From the NCBI RefSeq assembly GCF_036321535.1, contig NC_087436.1:25174001-25238000 (forward strand): DNA of 64,000 bases, read 5' to 3'. The DNA comes from Camelus dromedarius (Eukaryota). The notes beneath the pieces were generated by a model, which saw only the letters and a list, made by a program, of their open reading frames with translations, did no database searches and was not told where the DNA came from. The position numbers and the translations under genes are program-made. Of this stretch, positions 53,011-64,000 are shown piece after piece (within the stretch, counting starts at the first letter, position 1; each line of letters starts with the position of its first letter).

Positions 53011-54464
53011 GTAATGCATATTAACAAGTAGATCTAGATAGAACCTCGAAGAACAGGTTAGCAAAGAGGATTTCAAACTTGACCTTGGATAGTGCTTTGT
53101 GTTCTCCTTCATTGCTGAATTGGCTGTATGTGTGTCTTGGTAGAGTTGGAGAGGCAGGATGTTTTCCATCGCTTGCCTTTATCCAGTATTTCTGATACAC
53201 ATTTGATGCTTTGGGGCAATTGGCACATCACTTGTTTTTTACCTTTGTAGAAATTTGTGAAATTGAAGGGAAATGATTACCTTGGCTCCTGTCATTGATA
53301 TATAGCCTCGCTGAAAAGGTTGTAGAGTAATGAGTCCCAAAGTGGAGCTAAGTACTACAGTCCCCAAATACCCAGATGTCTCATCCTAGGCCCCTTATAA
53401 TGACATGCATACAAAATTACAGAAAAAGCCGATGAAATCCTAGACAGTGCAGTGATTTTGTGATTAAAGGTGAGAGCAACTTTGGAGAGCAACCCCAAAG
53501 GGAAGAAATAAAAGCCCCAACACTTAAATTTGAGTTGTAGAATTCTTTGTTCAGAGAAAAGTATTGTGAAATGTGAGATATGAAAGACAGTGAGGTGTAA
53601 AAGTCGTCAAATCCCCATTGGCAACGTTACGTTCATTTTTACCTACCATTTTGTAACATTTTTCTCAAATGGAATCTGCTGTCAGGAGTGCCATAGAATG
53701 CATCCGACACTTTTTTTCCCATGCACTTAATTTGTTTCAAAATGTTTCCTTGAAATTTCTTTGTAAGGTATGAGTACTCTCTGTGTGGAATCTGGACGTT
53801 TACATCACTGGTGGGAACAGAATGTATTACTGGGTGCAGAGGGCTTTCATTTTAAGCCTCCACTATCAGTCATGCCGTCCTTGGTATGTGCAGCTGTAGG
53901 GACTTGCTATGCTGATCTCTGCACTCCCTTCTTTTCCGCGGTCTCGAGGGTCACACGTGGCAAGCACACGGGGAGAGTAAGTGTCGAGGAAGAAAAGGTC
54001 AACGTTTTGCATTCAGGCGACCATAGAGTCACCTCGAAGTGGCTGTATATCCTGTGTGTGCATAGCCAAGAGCTCATCAGAAACCATCTGCAGAGTGTTC
54101 TGCAAATTTTTTAATTGGATGAACTTTTGCTTTTTATTGTTGGTTATTTATTAATCATCTCAATCTCTGAGCCTTTACATTTTCAGTCATTGAGTATCCT
54201 GTGTTTTCGTTCTTTGGAAACATATTCTCTTAACTCAAATGAAAAACTACTCAAAATAAAGCATCCGTATTTGTGTGTGAGAGAATACCAGAGCAGGATA
54301 TAGCTGAGGGTTAGTTGAATATAAGTTTTTAATCATGACGGCAGTTTATCTTTATAAATAATCATTTGAAAGGATAATAAGGATGTGTAGCGATGTTAGT
54401 GCTTGTGATCACCTGTGTTCTCTTTTAACTCACTGAGTGTGATTTTTCTCTTCCTTCCCCTCAG

Positions 54465-54614
54465 CACCCTTTGACCATGATAATGCTCTTCTCTGGGGAC
54501 CTCTACAGTCTCTTGAATTTCCTCAGTTTTGCCAGGTGGCTTTTTATTGGGCTGGCAGTTGCTGGGCTGATTTATCTTCGATACAAACGCCCAGATATGC
54601 ATCGTCCTTTCAAG
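54465..54614 (+). CDS. SLC7A11: xCT coding exon 10 (150 nt): [50 protein letters not shown]
   Basis: Acceptor ccttcccctcag|C and donor AAG|gtaacc. Includes the R396 equivalent. Confidence 0.97.
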
Positions 54615-55718
54615 GTAACCTCAGCGATCTTGACGGGTTTACATAAATCTTCCTCCTAACACCCAGTCCTCCCTGTGTCATAACTTGATGACGTGGAGCT
54701 TGGGCGGAGGACAGCATCCCTCTGGAATAAAATGTTTAACTCTTGCAGGTAGTGCCTTTATATTGGATTTATTTTAGTTTGGAAAAATAGTTCACCCACT
54801 TGTTCAAGCGAGGGACTGAACTTTGCATGTCATGTTTTGGAAAGTGGGGGTGTTAATATACAATGTTCATTATGTGGATTTTTTGTAAATGTGTCTGACG
54901 ACCTGATCTGCTCAAGGTCTGGGATGCTTCTTTCTTTAAGCTGAATAGTTGTGGTGGCCACGCTGAGAGTGAGGCAGATTCGTGTGGAATCCTCACTGAT
55001 TAAAACTCTAAAAAGCCTGCTGCTTTAGGAAGTGGCATTTTAAGTATTCTTAAATGTTATGACTTATTACATGGCCTTTTTTCTGCATGATACACTCCAG
55101 AAGGAATAGAAATGTGAAGTGTCCAGGGAAGGCGAAGCTGTTTGAATTTACCACTTAATAGAATGTCCATTTGCCATAATGAAGCATTTCCTTTCGGGAG
55201 AGCTGACGAATATGCTTCTCGTCACCTTCAGCCTTGAATGTTCAGGGATTGATTTGACCTCACTTTTTATTTGCTTTTAAGAAATAACACAGATAATGTT
55301 GTCAGTCATGTTGTCAGAATTTCTTTCTAATTATATTCATTGCCTAATGCTGGCGACATCTTTATTAGTGGTTGAATAGGAGTTGGCCTGTTTTATCCCT
55401 GTTGGGTCGTCTTGTGAGTCTCCAACAGAAAATCAATAATGTGTAACAAGCAGCCCGTGCTCTTGGCTCTCCATTAAAGTGGATTCTAATCATCATGACC
55501 AAAGAACCAATCTTTTAAAATCCAAACCATAAATCATAATGGTTCTTAATGAGGAAAATAATTCAAACAGAACATCTTGAATGCAATATACTTATTTATC
55601 CTTAGATTTTGTTCTTGCCAAAGATTTTGTTAAAAATTTAAAGGAATATGTTGAATACATTCTCTGTGCCCTGTGCAAGAGATTTTGGTACTAACTACAG
55701 TAAGATAGGATGGTGCCT

Positions 55719-55763
55719 GTCACCTGGTCACATGACCAGAGCGTTATCACGTGATCACGTGAC
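55719..55763. promoter_or_regulatory. Candidate bHLH-ZIP (CLEAR/M-box/E-box) motif cluster in intron 10
   Basis: GTCACCTG, GTCACATGAC and TCACGTGA twice within 45 bp. The motifs are read directly; function is inferred. Confidence 0.4.
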
Positions 55764-55817
55764 TGATGGGCTCCTCTTGAACCCTCTTTGAAATGATTTT
55801 CATCTGTGCTGTTCCAG

Positions 55818-55995
55818 GTGCCGCTGTTCATCCCAGCCTTGTTTTCCTTCACGTGTCTCTTCATGGTCGCCCTTTCCCTTTATTCGGACCCATTTAGTAC
55901 AGGGATTGGTTTCATCATCACTCTGACCGGGGTCCCTGCCTACTATCTGTTTATTATATGGGACAAGAAACCTAAGTGGTTTAGAAGAATGTCAG
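55818..55995 (+). CDS. SLC7A11: xCT coding exon 11 (178 nt): [59 protein letters not shown]
   Basis: Acceptor gttccag|G and donor CAG|gtaaga. Encodes TM11-TM12. The final exon was not found in the window. Confidence 0.97.
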
Positions 55996-56489
55996 GTAAG
56001 ACTTTTAACCGGTTCCTGGACCTTTGAGAAACCAGGCTGTAGGAAACTCATCTCTGTGTACATCTGCCACACTCATACCTTAAAGTTTGAAAATACCAGT
56101 GGGGAAATTGCTAGTTTGAATACATTCCTGCATTCTGATTAAAACTGGTAGAAGAAAAGGCAGGAAGGATGTTTAGGGTTGGGCCACTGAATCCTTTCAG
56201 GATATTTAGTTTGAGTTGCTTTAATTAATTTTTAGGTAGAATTTCATCAGCAGTTCTGTAACTGACTTAATTGTTCTTCTGATTCCCTTACTAACCTGAT
56301 TATTTTTATTCTGGGTTGAACGCAGTTTATTGATTCTATATGATAACATACACTTTGATGAGTGATATGAGATTTGGTGGGGAGTTAGGTGGAGCCTGCA
56401 AAAATCTTAAATATCATGAGTGTAACACTACCCTATTGGTGACTCACTGGGGGTCATAAGAATGGTAAGAACAACACAAGGAGAGTAAC

Positions 56490-56690
56490 AGCTCAGAGTT
56501 ATTGAGTGATTTCTGTGTATTAGCCCATATATGACCTTATTTAATCCTTCAAACAACTTTCTGAGGTAGGAAACATGAGCCCCATTTCGTAGGTTTTGAG
56601 TTCTGGTGTGGGAGAATCCACGTGACGTATTCCAAGTCCTGCAGATAGTACGGAGAAGGCCTAGAATTCAAACTTAGGCAGTTTGTACTT
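56490..56690 (-). mobile_element. MIR SINE remnant
   Basis: 'ttatttaatccttcaaacaactttctgaggtagg..cccatttcgtag..agaattcaaacttaggcagt'. Confidence 0.65.
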
Positions 56691-59600
56691 TATAAAAGTT
56701 GTCTTGGTGGGGAGACGGTGAGGATGGATTAGAGAGCACGAGGCTAAAGACATTCTGGAGAATAGAGATTGGTGCTTACCCCAGTAATTCTACAAGAACT
56801 GAGGAGAGTCTGAACATAGGGAATGTTGGCAGGGTCCGAGAGAAAGTGAGAAAAAGTAAAGAAGAAAAACCAACAGAGCTTGGTGACCAGGTGAGTTGGA
56901 AGAGGAGAAAATACAGGAAATTAATAAGTAGGAAGGGTGCTTAAGAAAAGCCTCTGCTGAAGGCCTCTCCCGCTGTCAGGGGCTCTTCCAAGCAAGATCC
57001 TTCTCTTACATCATCATCTCATTCAGTCCTCCACGAGACCCACGTGTGAGTTGGTTTATTGGGAAAACCAGGGCTCAGGGAGATGGGAATTTATTTTTGA
57101 GTGTGTAGATTTTAAACCATTGAGCTTGGATGTGAACCCACATCCGCTGGACTTCAGATTCATGCTCTTTTTAGATTGGGTGCCTGGGGGAAGAGAGAGA
57201 GAGGTTAAAAAATATATCCAGAGGAGCAGATATGTTCTTACGGGTGAGTTTGGTGACTTTGAAGATCAACTTTTCTTCTCATTCATTTTAATTTACTGAC
57301 TTTACCATCATTAATGTTTAAAAGCCCAGTAAAATGTTCAGGGAGATTGCTGGTAAAATTATTAATAAATAATGTCAGTGTTACTAAAAATAGAAAAACA
57401 AAACCCAACTTTGTAGACATACTGCATCTCTAGTGTGCTACACAAACTCACTTAGAAGCTGGTCATTTAAAATAGACTTCTGCTACTACTCTTTCTGAGC
57501 TTTTAATTGATATTTGGTATCTTTAGACCTTATGCTACTATTTGTACATGAATTTCATTTCCTAGCTGGCAACACTGTTCCCCAAAGAAGCATTACTATA
57601 AAAGTTAGTTTCTTTAAGGCTAACACAGGCACGCTGGTTGCCTAGCAGGGAATTTAATCTCTGTTTCTTGTTAAATCATACCAGTTTTTTTGGTAGAATG
57701 TTTTTAGTTATGTTTTCTCTATTGTAGGCACTAAATAAAGAGCCTTTTCTGTAAACAAACAAACACACACACAAAAAAAACCCAAGGCTTGTTAAACAAT
57801 ATTTATCATTAGGATTGCTCATTACCGATGTTCAGGGCAGATTAGTACTCAAAACTGTGAGGTTTGTGTCAATCTCAGATCCTGGCTAGGAGATAATTAA
57901 AACCCCAGAGCGTGTGGAAAACCATGAGGATTTAGGAAGAAAGAGCTAGCCCTGGAGGTGGACTACAGTGAGAGAGAGCACGATAAAAGAACAGATTCCT
58001 TGTTCTTTCCCACTTGTGCGGCTTTTTGGCCCTCCTGTTGGTAGTCAGCCAACGCTAAAAATTCTTCCCTTTTGCTAACATGTGCGTATTTTGTCCCCTT
58101 TCTTTGCTAGTGTATATCCACTACAGGTTTTCCACTTGCTCTTTCTTTGGTGTTTTTCCATGCTCACGTAATTTTGAAGTTTTCTGTTATTTTTCTGTCT
58201 CCAATGACATTTTGAACATCTCCAAGGACTCCAAATTTAGTGTTAGCTATTTGCGAAAGTGGCAGCAATGCAGTGGTCCCATAATGGTTATTTGGTTTTC
58301 GACAATGCCATCGAGTCTTACCAGGGAGCATGGCAATTCTGCCTTTAAACTGCGATCATTGTAACCCTTTATCTTTATAGCTGCCTTGAAAGTGAGTTCG
58401 CAAAAAGCAGCACTCCTCCGTAATTTTGTTTGATTTTCCTCTTAGGCAGCATTCTTGGAGTAAAATAAAGAAAATTCATATTTATTGCAGCAGTAGCAAG
58501 TATTTCCTAGCCTTTGGCCAAAACAAAACACACACACACAGACACACCACACAGCAGAGTCCTGAACCCCACCTCGCCTCTTCGCCCGACTACCTCCGTG
58601 CTGTTAGGAGAAACTCAGTGTGTACTTGGAGGGCAGGGAGCCTCTGCTTGAAGCAATGTGCTCAGATTTACCCTTAGATTGTTTAGTGGGGGAACATTCT
58701 TCAGCCTCGGTATGATCACTTATCTTCACCCTACTATACATGATCAGATCAGGCCTGTGAAATGATAGTTTATCAAAATACATCTTACTTGGGGCGCTTC
58801 CATTAAAAAGACGCAAGGTCACTGAACAGCATTCAGAAAACGGAGCCAGCTTGCTGAGTTCAGATAGCCAGAGAATGCTCAGAACCCGAGGAGCTGCAAG
58901 TTTCAGAGATTTGATGAATTTCTCTGGCCACAGGATGCCAGTATTGAACCACGTTTCGTTTGATAGCATCCCTAGGAAGAAAAGAAAATGTGCTCTTAAG
59001 GGAATAGGATACACAGAGAGCTTTTTTCCCACCATCTGTGACAGAGTGCTTAATTCTTCTGGATCGCTCTTTATTTATTTATTTATTTGTAGAAACACGA
59101 GCTTCCCACCCAAGGGAAATGGGGCAGATACCCCACTGACAAGACTCAAATGCATGGAGAGAGCTAGACCTGCCCGACCCCGGCTCACAGCAGCCGATTT
59201 ACTTGGCTGCCTCTCTGGATCAGCCAAAGCCCGTCACAGCTGAGAGTTCGTAGGAGAGGCTGGGAGCTGGTCCCTCTGGCTCGGGGCAAGATACGGAGGA
59301 CAGCTGTATTTAAACAAAATCTTTAGTTATGAAGAATCGTACTGGGCAGCACAGGCAGAATGACTACAGTGCATCATCGTGGACAGCGATTTTGTAGAAG
59401 AACCAGAGTCCTAAAAGCATGTACTGCATACAGTGTGTCATGATAAGTTCGTTTATGATGCTTCACTGAAAGCTGCTGAATGAATACATTTGACAACCTT
59501 TTCAGGGAGACTGCGTGCAATGTTTTAAATGAGTTAAGCTTGCCTACATTAGTTAGGAGCCCAAATCATCTTCATGGTAAGGTAAAATGGGACCATGCAT

Positions 59601-60540
59601 GGGAAGAGGTTGTGAAGGTTTAAAAAAAAAAACAAAAACAGAAATATTTATTCTTATTGTGATTTCTGGGAAAGATGGGTTTTGTGCTCAGACTTCACAG
59701 GCTCATTCAATTCTGGCTGTAGTTCCTGTGCTCATACTGGGTGCGACTGGATAAATCAGATTTTGCAAGGTCAGTAGTTGTTTCAGCTGATTTCAGGAAC
59801 AACTGCGGAACATGAAAAGCAAATCTAAAAACACTACAGTGGCTATCTGGTCTTACAGCTTACCTAACTGACAACAACAAATGAGATTCAATGGCTCAAT
59901 TTTATTTAGAGAAATATTATCATGGGGCTGGTTGTCCCCAGAGCCAAAGGCCTTCTATTACTAGAGATGTAGTTGGAGGCCACATGATCTGAAGTTTTCC
60001 TAGACAAGCAGGAAGCTTCCTCAGAGGCTTACTTGGGTCCGCTGAGCACCCCTGCCTGGCCCCGTGGCTGGAGATAGCCTGCGAGGAAAAGTTGGCATGA
60101 CTCCAGCAGCTACTCAGAGCCAAAATCAATCACTCTGCTCATGCCTCCGTTATGAAAATTATTTAAATCTCGAGATCCCAAGAGGGAGCATAAGAAAGCC
60201 ACAGGAGAGACTGTCATCAGAGCTGGTGGACCATAAGGGCAAAGAAGGGACTGCATATTCAGAACCAGAAGAGAGATTCCTGGGCCCCAATGTGCTCCTG
60301 AATAGAAGATCCAAAGTGAGCTCTCAGGAAGAGGAACGTGGCACGAGGGAAGCAACAGGGTCTCTTAAGTGGCTCTCCCTCTGTCTGGAACCCATGCAGT
60401 GTTGTGACCTGGGTAAAGTCAGATGTCTTAAGAAAGCAAAGGGCCCTGGGGAGGGGCGTGCTCCAGAATACCAAACACGCTTTTGGAAAAGGCTTTTGTT
60501 ATGGACATGGAGGAGCAGATGCTGCATATAAAAGGCAGTT

Positions 60541-60838
60541 GTATTTACAAAACAGAAACAGACTCACAGACAGAGAAAACAAACTGCTGGTTACCAGAGG
60601 GGAAGGGGGTGGGAAGGGATAAATTGGGAGTTCAGGATTTGTAGATACTAACTACTATATATAAAATAGATAAACAACAAGTTTCTACTGTGTGTCGCAT
60701 AGGGAACTATATCCAATATCTTGGAGTAACTTAGAATGAAAAAGAATAGGAAAAGGAATATATGTATGTATATGTATGACTGAAACATTATGCTGCACAC
60801 CAGAAACTGACACATTGTAAACTGACTATATTTCAATA
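60541..60838 (+). mobile_element. 5'-truncated L1 3' end, sense to the gene, with 11-bp TSD
   Basis: TSD AAAAGGCAGTT at 60530-60540 and 60839-60849. L1 3' UTR 'acagaaacagactcacagac...gggaagggataaattgggagtt...' ends in AATAAA. Confidence 0.88.
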
Positions 60839-60896
60839 AAAAGGCAGTTATGGGGGAAAAAAAGAGAAATCTTGGTAGACCAATGCATGAATAGTT

Positions 60897-60918
60897 ACAC
60901 ACACACACACACACACAC
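60897..60918. repeat. (AC)n microsatellite
   Basis: Direct reading of the sequence. Confidence 0.95.
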
Positions 60919-61651
60919 TCAAGAAAGGCAGGAGTTGTGGAGATGAGTTCAGGTAACTACGGCAGGACTTCTCCAGAGGAGGGGCTGCAAAGTCTATCAG
61001 TTTAATGCCACTGCTTTGCATCTGACCCTGGCAGACCTCTTGTTGTTTCAACCTCTCAGGTAGCCCTAGCTCTTTCTCTGCCTGCAAAAGCCACATCTCC
61101 CTGGCTGTTGATTGATATTTCCTTTTTCCACATTCTATTTTTCTAGAATAATTTGATCACTTCCCTTCTCCGTAAACATGAACTTGTGTCACTCCTGAGT
61201 GTTCCCCTGTGCTCCACATACATCTCAATGTAGAGTGGACTGTGACAAAATATAATTTATTCAAGGAACATTTACATATAGTTTACCACTTGACAAAATT
61301 GTGGTAGGTCCTTTATAATGAATGTGTATTATAAAAATTAGTATGCTGACGAAAACAACTTCAGGGAACACTGTTGTGAAGGATGAAAGACATACCTTTT
61401 TTAGTGGTGTTAAATATTGCTGGAAAGGGACTACCACAGATGACAAGTCACAAAAGAGGGAAAAAGGTGGCGTGTCTGGATGAGAGATGCTGTGGGTCTG
61501 AAACCATCAAGACAATAGACGCTTGGGGGCTGCAGAGGTTCTGTAGGGACTGATTACAAAGACAAGAGGTGAACAAGAACTAGTATCTCAGGAAACAAGA
61601 GTCACAGGTTCTAAGACTGCCCAGATAAAATGACCTTAGAAGTTGTCAAGC

Positions 61652-61821
61652 CCAGTGGTTCAGACATTTTAGTGTCTGTCAGAATGACAGATCTCTGGGA
61701 CCTACCTTCAGTTTCTAATTCAATATGTCTAGAATGGGGCTTGAAAAACTGCATTTCTAATATCTCAGGTGATTGTAATGTTGCTGGCCTGGGGATTATA
61801 CTTTGAGAATCAGTATTCTAG
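61652..61821. mobile_element. MER5-like DNA transposon remnant
   Basis: 'cagtggttc...gtttctaattca...ctgcatttctaa..caggtgat..tgctggcctgggga..actttgagaa'. Confidence 0.7.
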
Positions 61822-61837
61822 TGCAAATCCCTCATTC

Positions 61838-64000
61838 TTTATTTATTAATTTTTTGAGGTATAGTTGACACATAACATTAAGATATAAGATGTATTGACT
61901 TGATATATTTATTTATTGCAATATGATACTATATTAGCATTAGCTAATGCCTTATCATGTCACATATTTATCATTTCTTTTGTTCTTATCAAGAACAGTT
62001 AAGATTTAGTCTCTTAGCAACTTTTATAATAGAGCCTTATTAAATAAATATGTTATTGATTTAGAGCTCCAGAATTTATTTATTTATTGGTTGTAAGTTT
62101 ATACCCCTAAGCAACATCTCTTTAATTTCCCCACCTTCTAGCCTCTGGTGACCACCAGTCCCCTCTGTTTTCATAACTTCAGTTTTTTTAGATTCCACAC
62201 ATAGTATCATACAGTATTTGTCTCTGACTTATGTCACTTAGCATAATGTCTTCCAGGTCCACCCATGTTGTTGCAAATGACAGGATTTCATTCTTTCTTA
62301 TGGCTGAGTAATATTCCAGATGTGGTATACGTACTATATCTTCTTTTTGCATTCTTCTGTTGATGGACATTTAAGCTGTTTCCTTATCTTGGCTGTTAGT
62401 GATGCTACAGTGAATGAGCATGGGTGTACATCTGAGATACTGATTTCAATTCCTTTGGATACGTACCTAGGAATGGGATGGCTAGATCATATGGTAGTTC
62501 GATTTTTAAGATTTTGAGGAACCACCGTTCTGTTTTCCACATTGGCTGTACTGATTCACATTCCCACCAACAGTGTATAAATATTCCTTTTCCTCCACAT
62601 CCTCACCATTTATTATCTCTCATCTTTTTGATAAAAGCCATCCTAACAGGTGAAGGTGATATTTTATTATGGTTTTGATTTGCATTTTTCCTGATGATTA
62701 TTGATGTTGAACATCTTTGCATACACCTGTTGGCCATTTGTATATCTTCTTTGGAAAAATATCTATTCAGGTCTTTTGTCAATTTTTAAATTGGATTATC
62801 TTCTCTTTGGCTATTGACTTGTGAATTCTTTATATATTTTGGATTGTAGTCCCTTATCAGATGTATGGTTTGCAAATATTTTCTCCCATTCTTCAGGTTG
62901 TCTTTTTAATTTTTGGATTATTTGCTGTGCAGAAGCGTTTTAGTTTAATGTAGTCATACTTTATTTTAGTTTTTGTTGCCTGTGCTTCTGGTGACTTATC
63001 CAAGCAATCATTTCCTAGACCAATATCAAGGATCTTTCCCTTATGTTTTCTTCTAGGAGCTTTATGGTTTTAGATCTTACATTTAAATCTTTGATCCATT
63101 TCAAGTTAATTTTTGTGAGTATAAAATAGGAGTTCAGTTTCATTCTTTTGCATGTAGAATGCATCTAGTTTTCCCAATTACCATTTATTGAAGAAACTGT
63201 CCTTCCTATTGTGTGTTCTTGGCACCCTTGTTAGTGCACTATGTGTATGGTCTGGGCTCTCCATTCTGTTCCACTTACCTATATGCCTGCTTTTATGCCA
63301 GTACCATACTGTTTTGATTACTATAACTTTGTAAGATAGCTTGAAATCAGATATTGGAATGCCACCAGCTTTGTCCTTCTTTCTTAGGATTACTTTGTGG
63401 TTCCAGACAAATTTTAGAGTGATTTTCTGCTATTTCTGTGAAAAATGTCATTGGAATTGGGATTGGGATTGGGATTGCATTGAACCTCTAGATCACTTTG
63501 GGTCATATGGACATTTTCACATTACTTCTTCCAACTTCGGAACACAGGATATCTTTCTATTGGCTAGAGTCTTCAGTTTCTTTCATTAAAGTGTTAAAGC
63601 TTTTTGTGTATGTTTTTCACCTCCCTGATTAAACTTCCTGATTAAGACATTTTAATTTTTGATGCTATTATAAATGGGTTTGTTTTCTAAATTCTCTTTC
63701 AGCTAATTCATTGTTAATGTATAGAAATACAACTAATTTCTGTATGTTGATTTTCTATCCTGTAATTTTATTGAATTCATTTATTAGTTCTAACAGTTTT
63801 TTAATGGTCTTTGGGGCTTTCTGTATATAAAATCTGTCATTGTTGAACAGAGATCATTTTACTTCTTCCTTTCTGATATGGATACCTTTTATTTCTTTTT
63901 CTACCTAATTGCTCTGGCTAGAACTTCTAGTACTAGAATGAATCCTTGCATTCCAGAGATAAATCCCACTTGATCATGGTAAATGATCTGTTTAATGTGC
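61838..64000 (-). mobile_element. Degenerate L1 (L1MA-like): 3' UTR plus disrupted ORF2 3' part, running off the window
   Basis: The minus ORF 62188-62370 reads EYYSAIRKNEILSFATTWVDLEDIMLSDISQ, the L1 ORF2p C-terminus. Antisense L1 sequence continues to 64000 with no long intact ORF. Confidence 0.92.

Noticed and set aside
58604..60531. Cluster of 130-155 aa ORFs in intron 11, considered as a nested gene or exon 12
   Set aside because: None encodes the expected xCT C-terminus (roughly KITRTLQIILEVVPE) or any recognisable protein. The locally higher GC explains the scarcity of stops.
62188..62370. ORF similar to the L1 ORF2p C-terminus, considered as an active or domesticated gene
   Set aside because: It is a short remnant of a frameshifted, stop-ridden antisense L1.
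1..64000. Prokaryotic-type systems (CRISPR, operons, defence islands, prophage)
   Set aside because: The sequence is a mammalian spliced gene with typical interspersed repeats. There is no gene-dense region or repeat-spacer array.

Overview
This is mammalian genomic DNA, not prokaryotic. The window is the interior of the cystine/glutamate antiporter light-chain gene SLC7A11 (xCT) on the + strand. Nine coding exons (equivalent to exons 3-11) lie between 2551 and 55995. All have canonical AG/GT boundaries and splice into one uninterrupted frame covering about residues 135-482. Exons 1-2 lie upstream of the window, and I did not find the terminal exon 12 before 64000. The rest is intron, including a ~27.3 kb intron 6, filled with L1 fragments, ERV/MaLR solo LTRs, MIR/L2 remnants, MER5/MER58 DNA transposons and microsatellites. 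A tRNA-derived SINE matching my recollection of camelid Vic-1 suggests a camel, llama or alpaca genome. Almost all ORFs in the supplied track are spurious. I see no new protein-coding system. The best leads are regulatory or splicing hypotheses: a dense palindromic CLEAR/M-box cluster just upstream of exon 11, a candidate cryptic exon with two donors in intron 6, inverted related LTRs flanking the frame-preserving exon 4, and a TSD-bounded chimeric L1. Exon and residue numbering follow human xCT from memory, and repeat family names are by-eye assignments.
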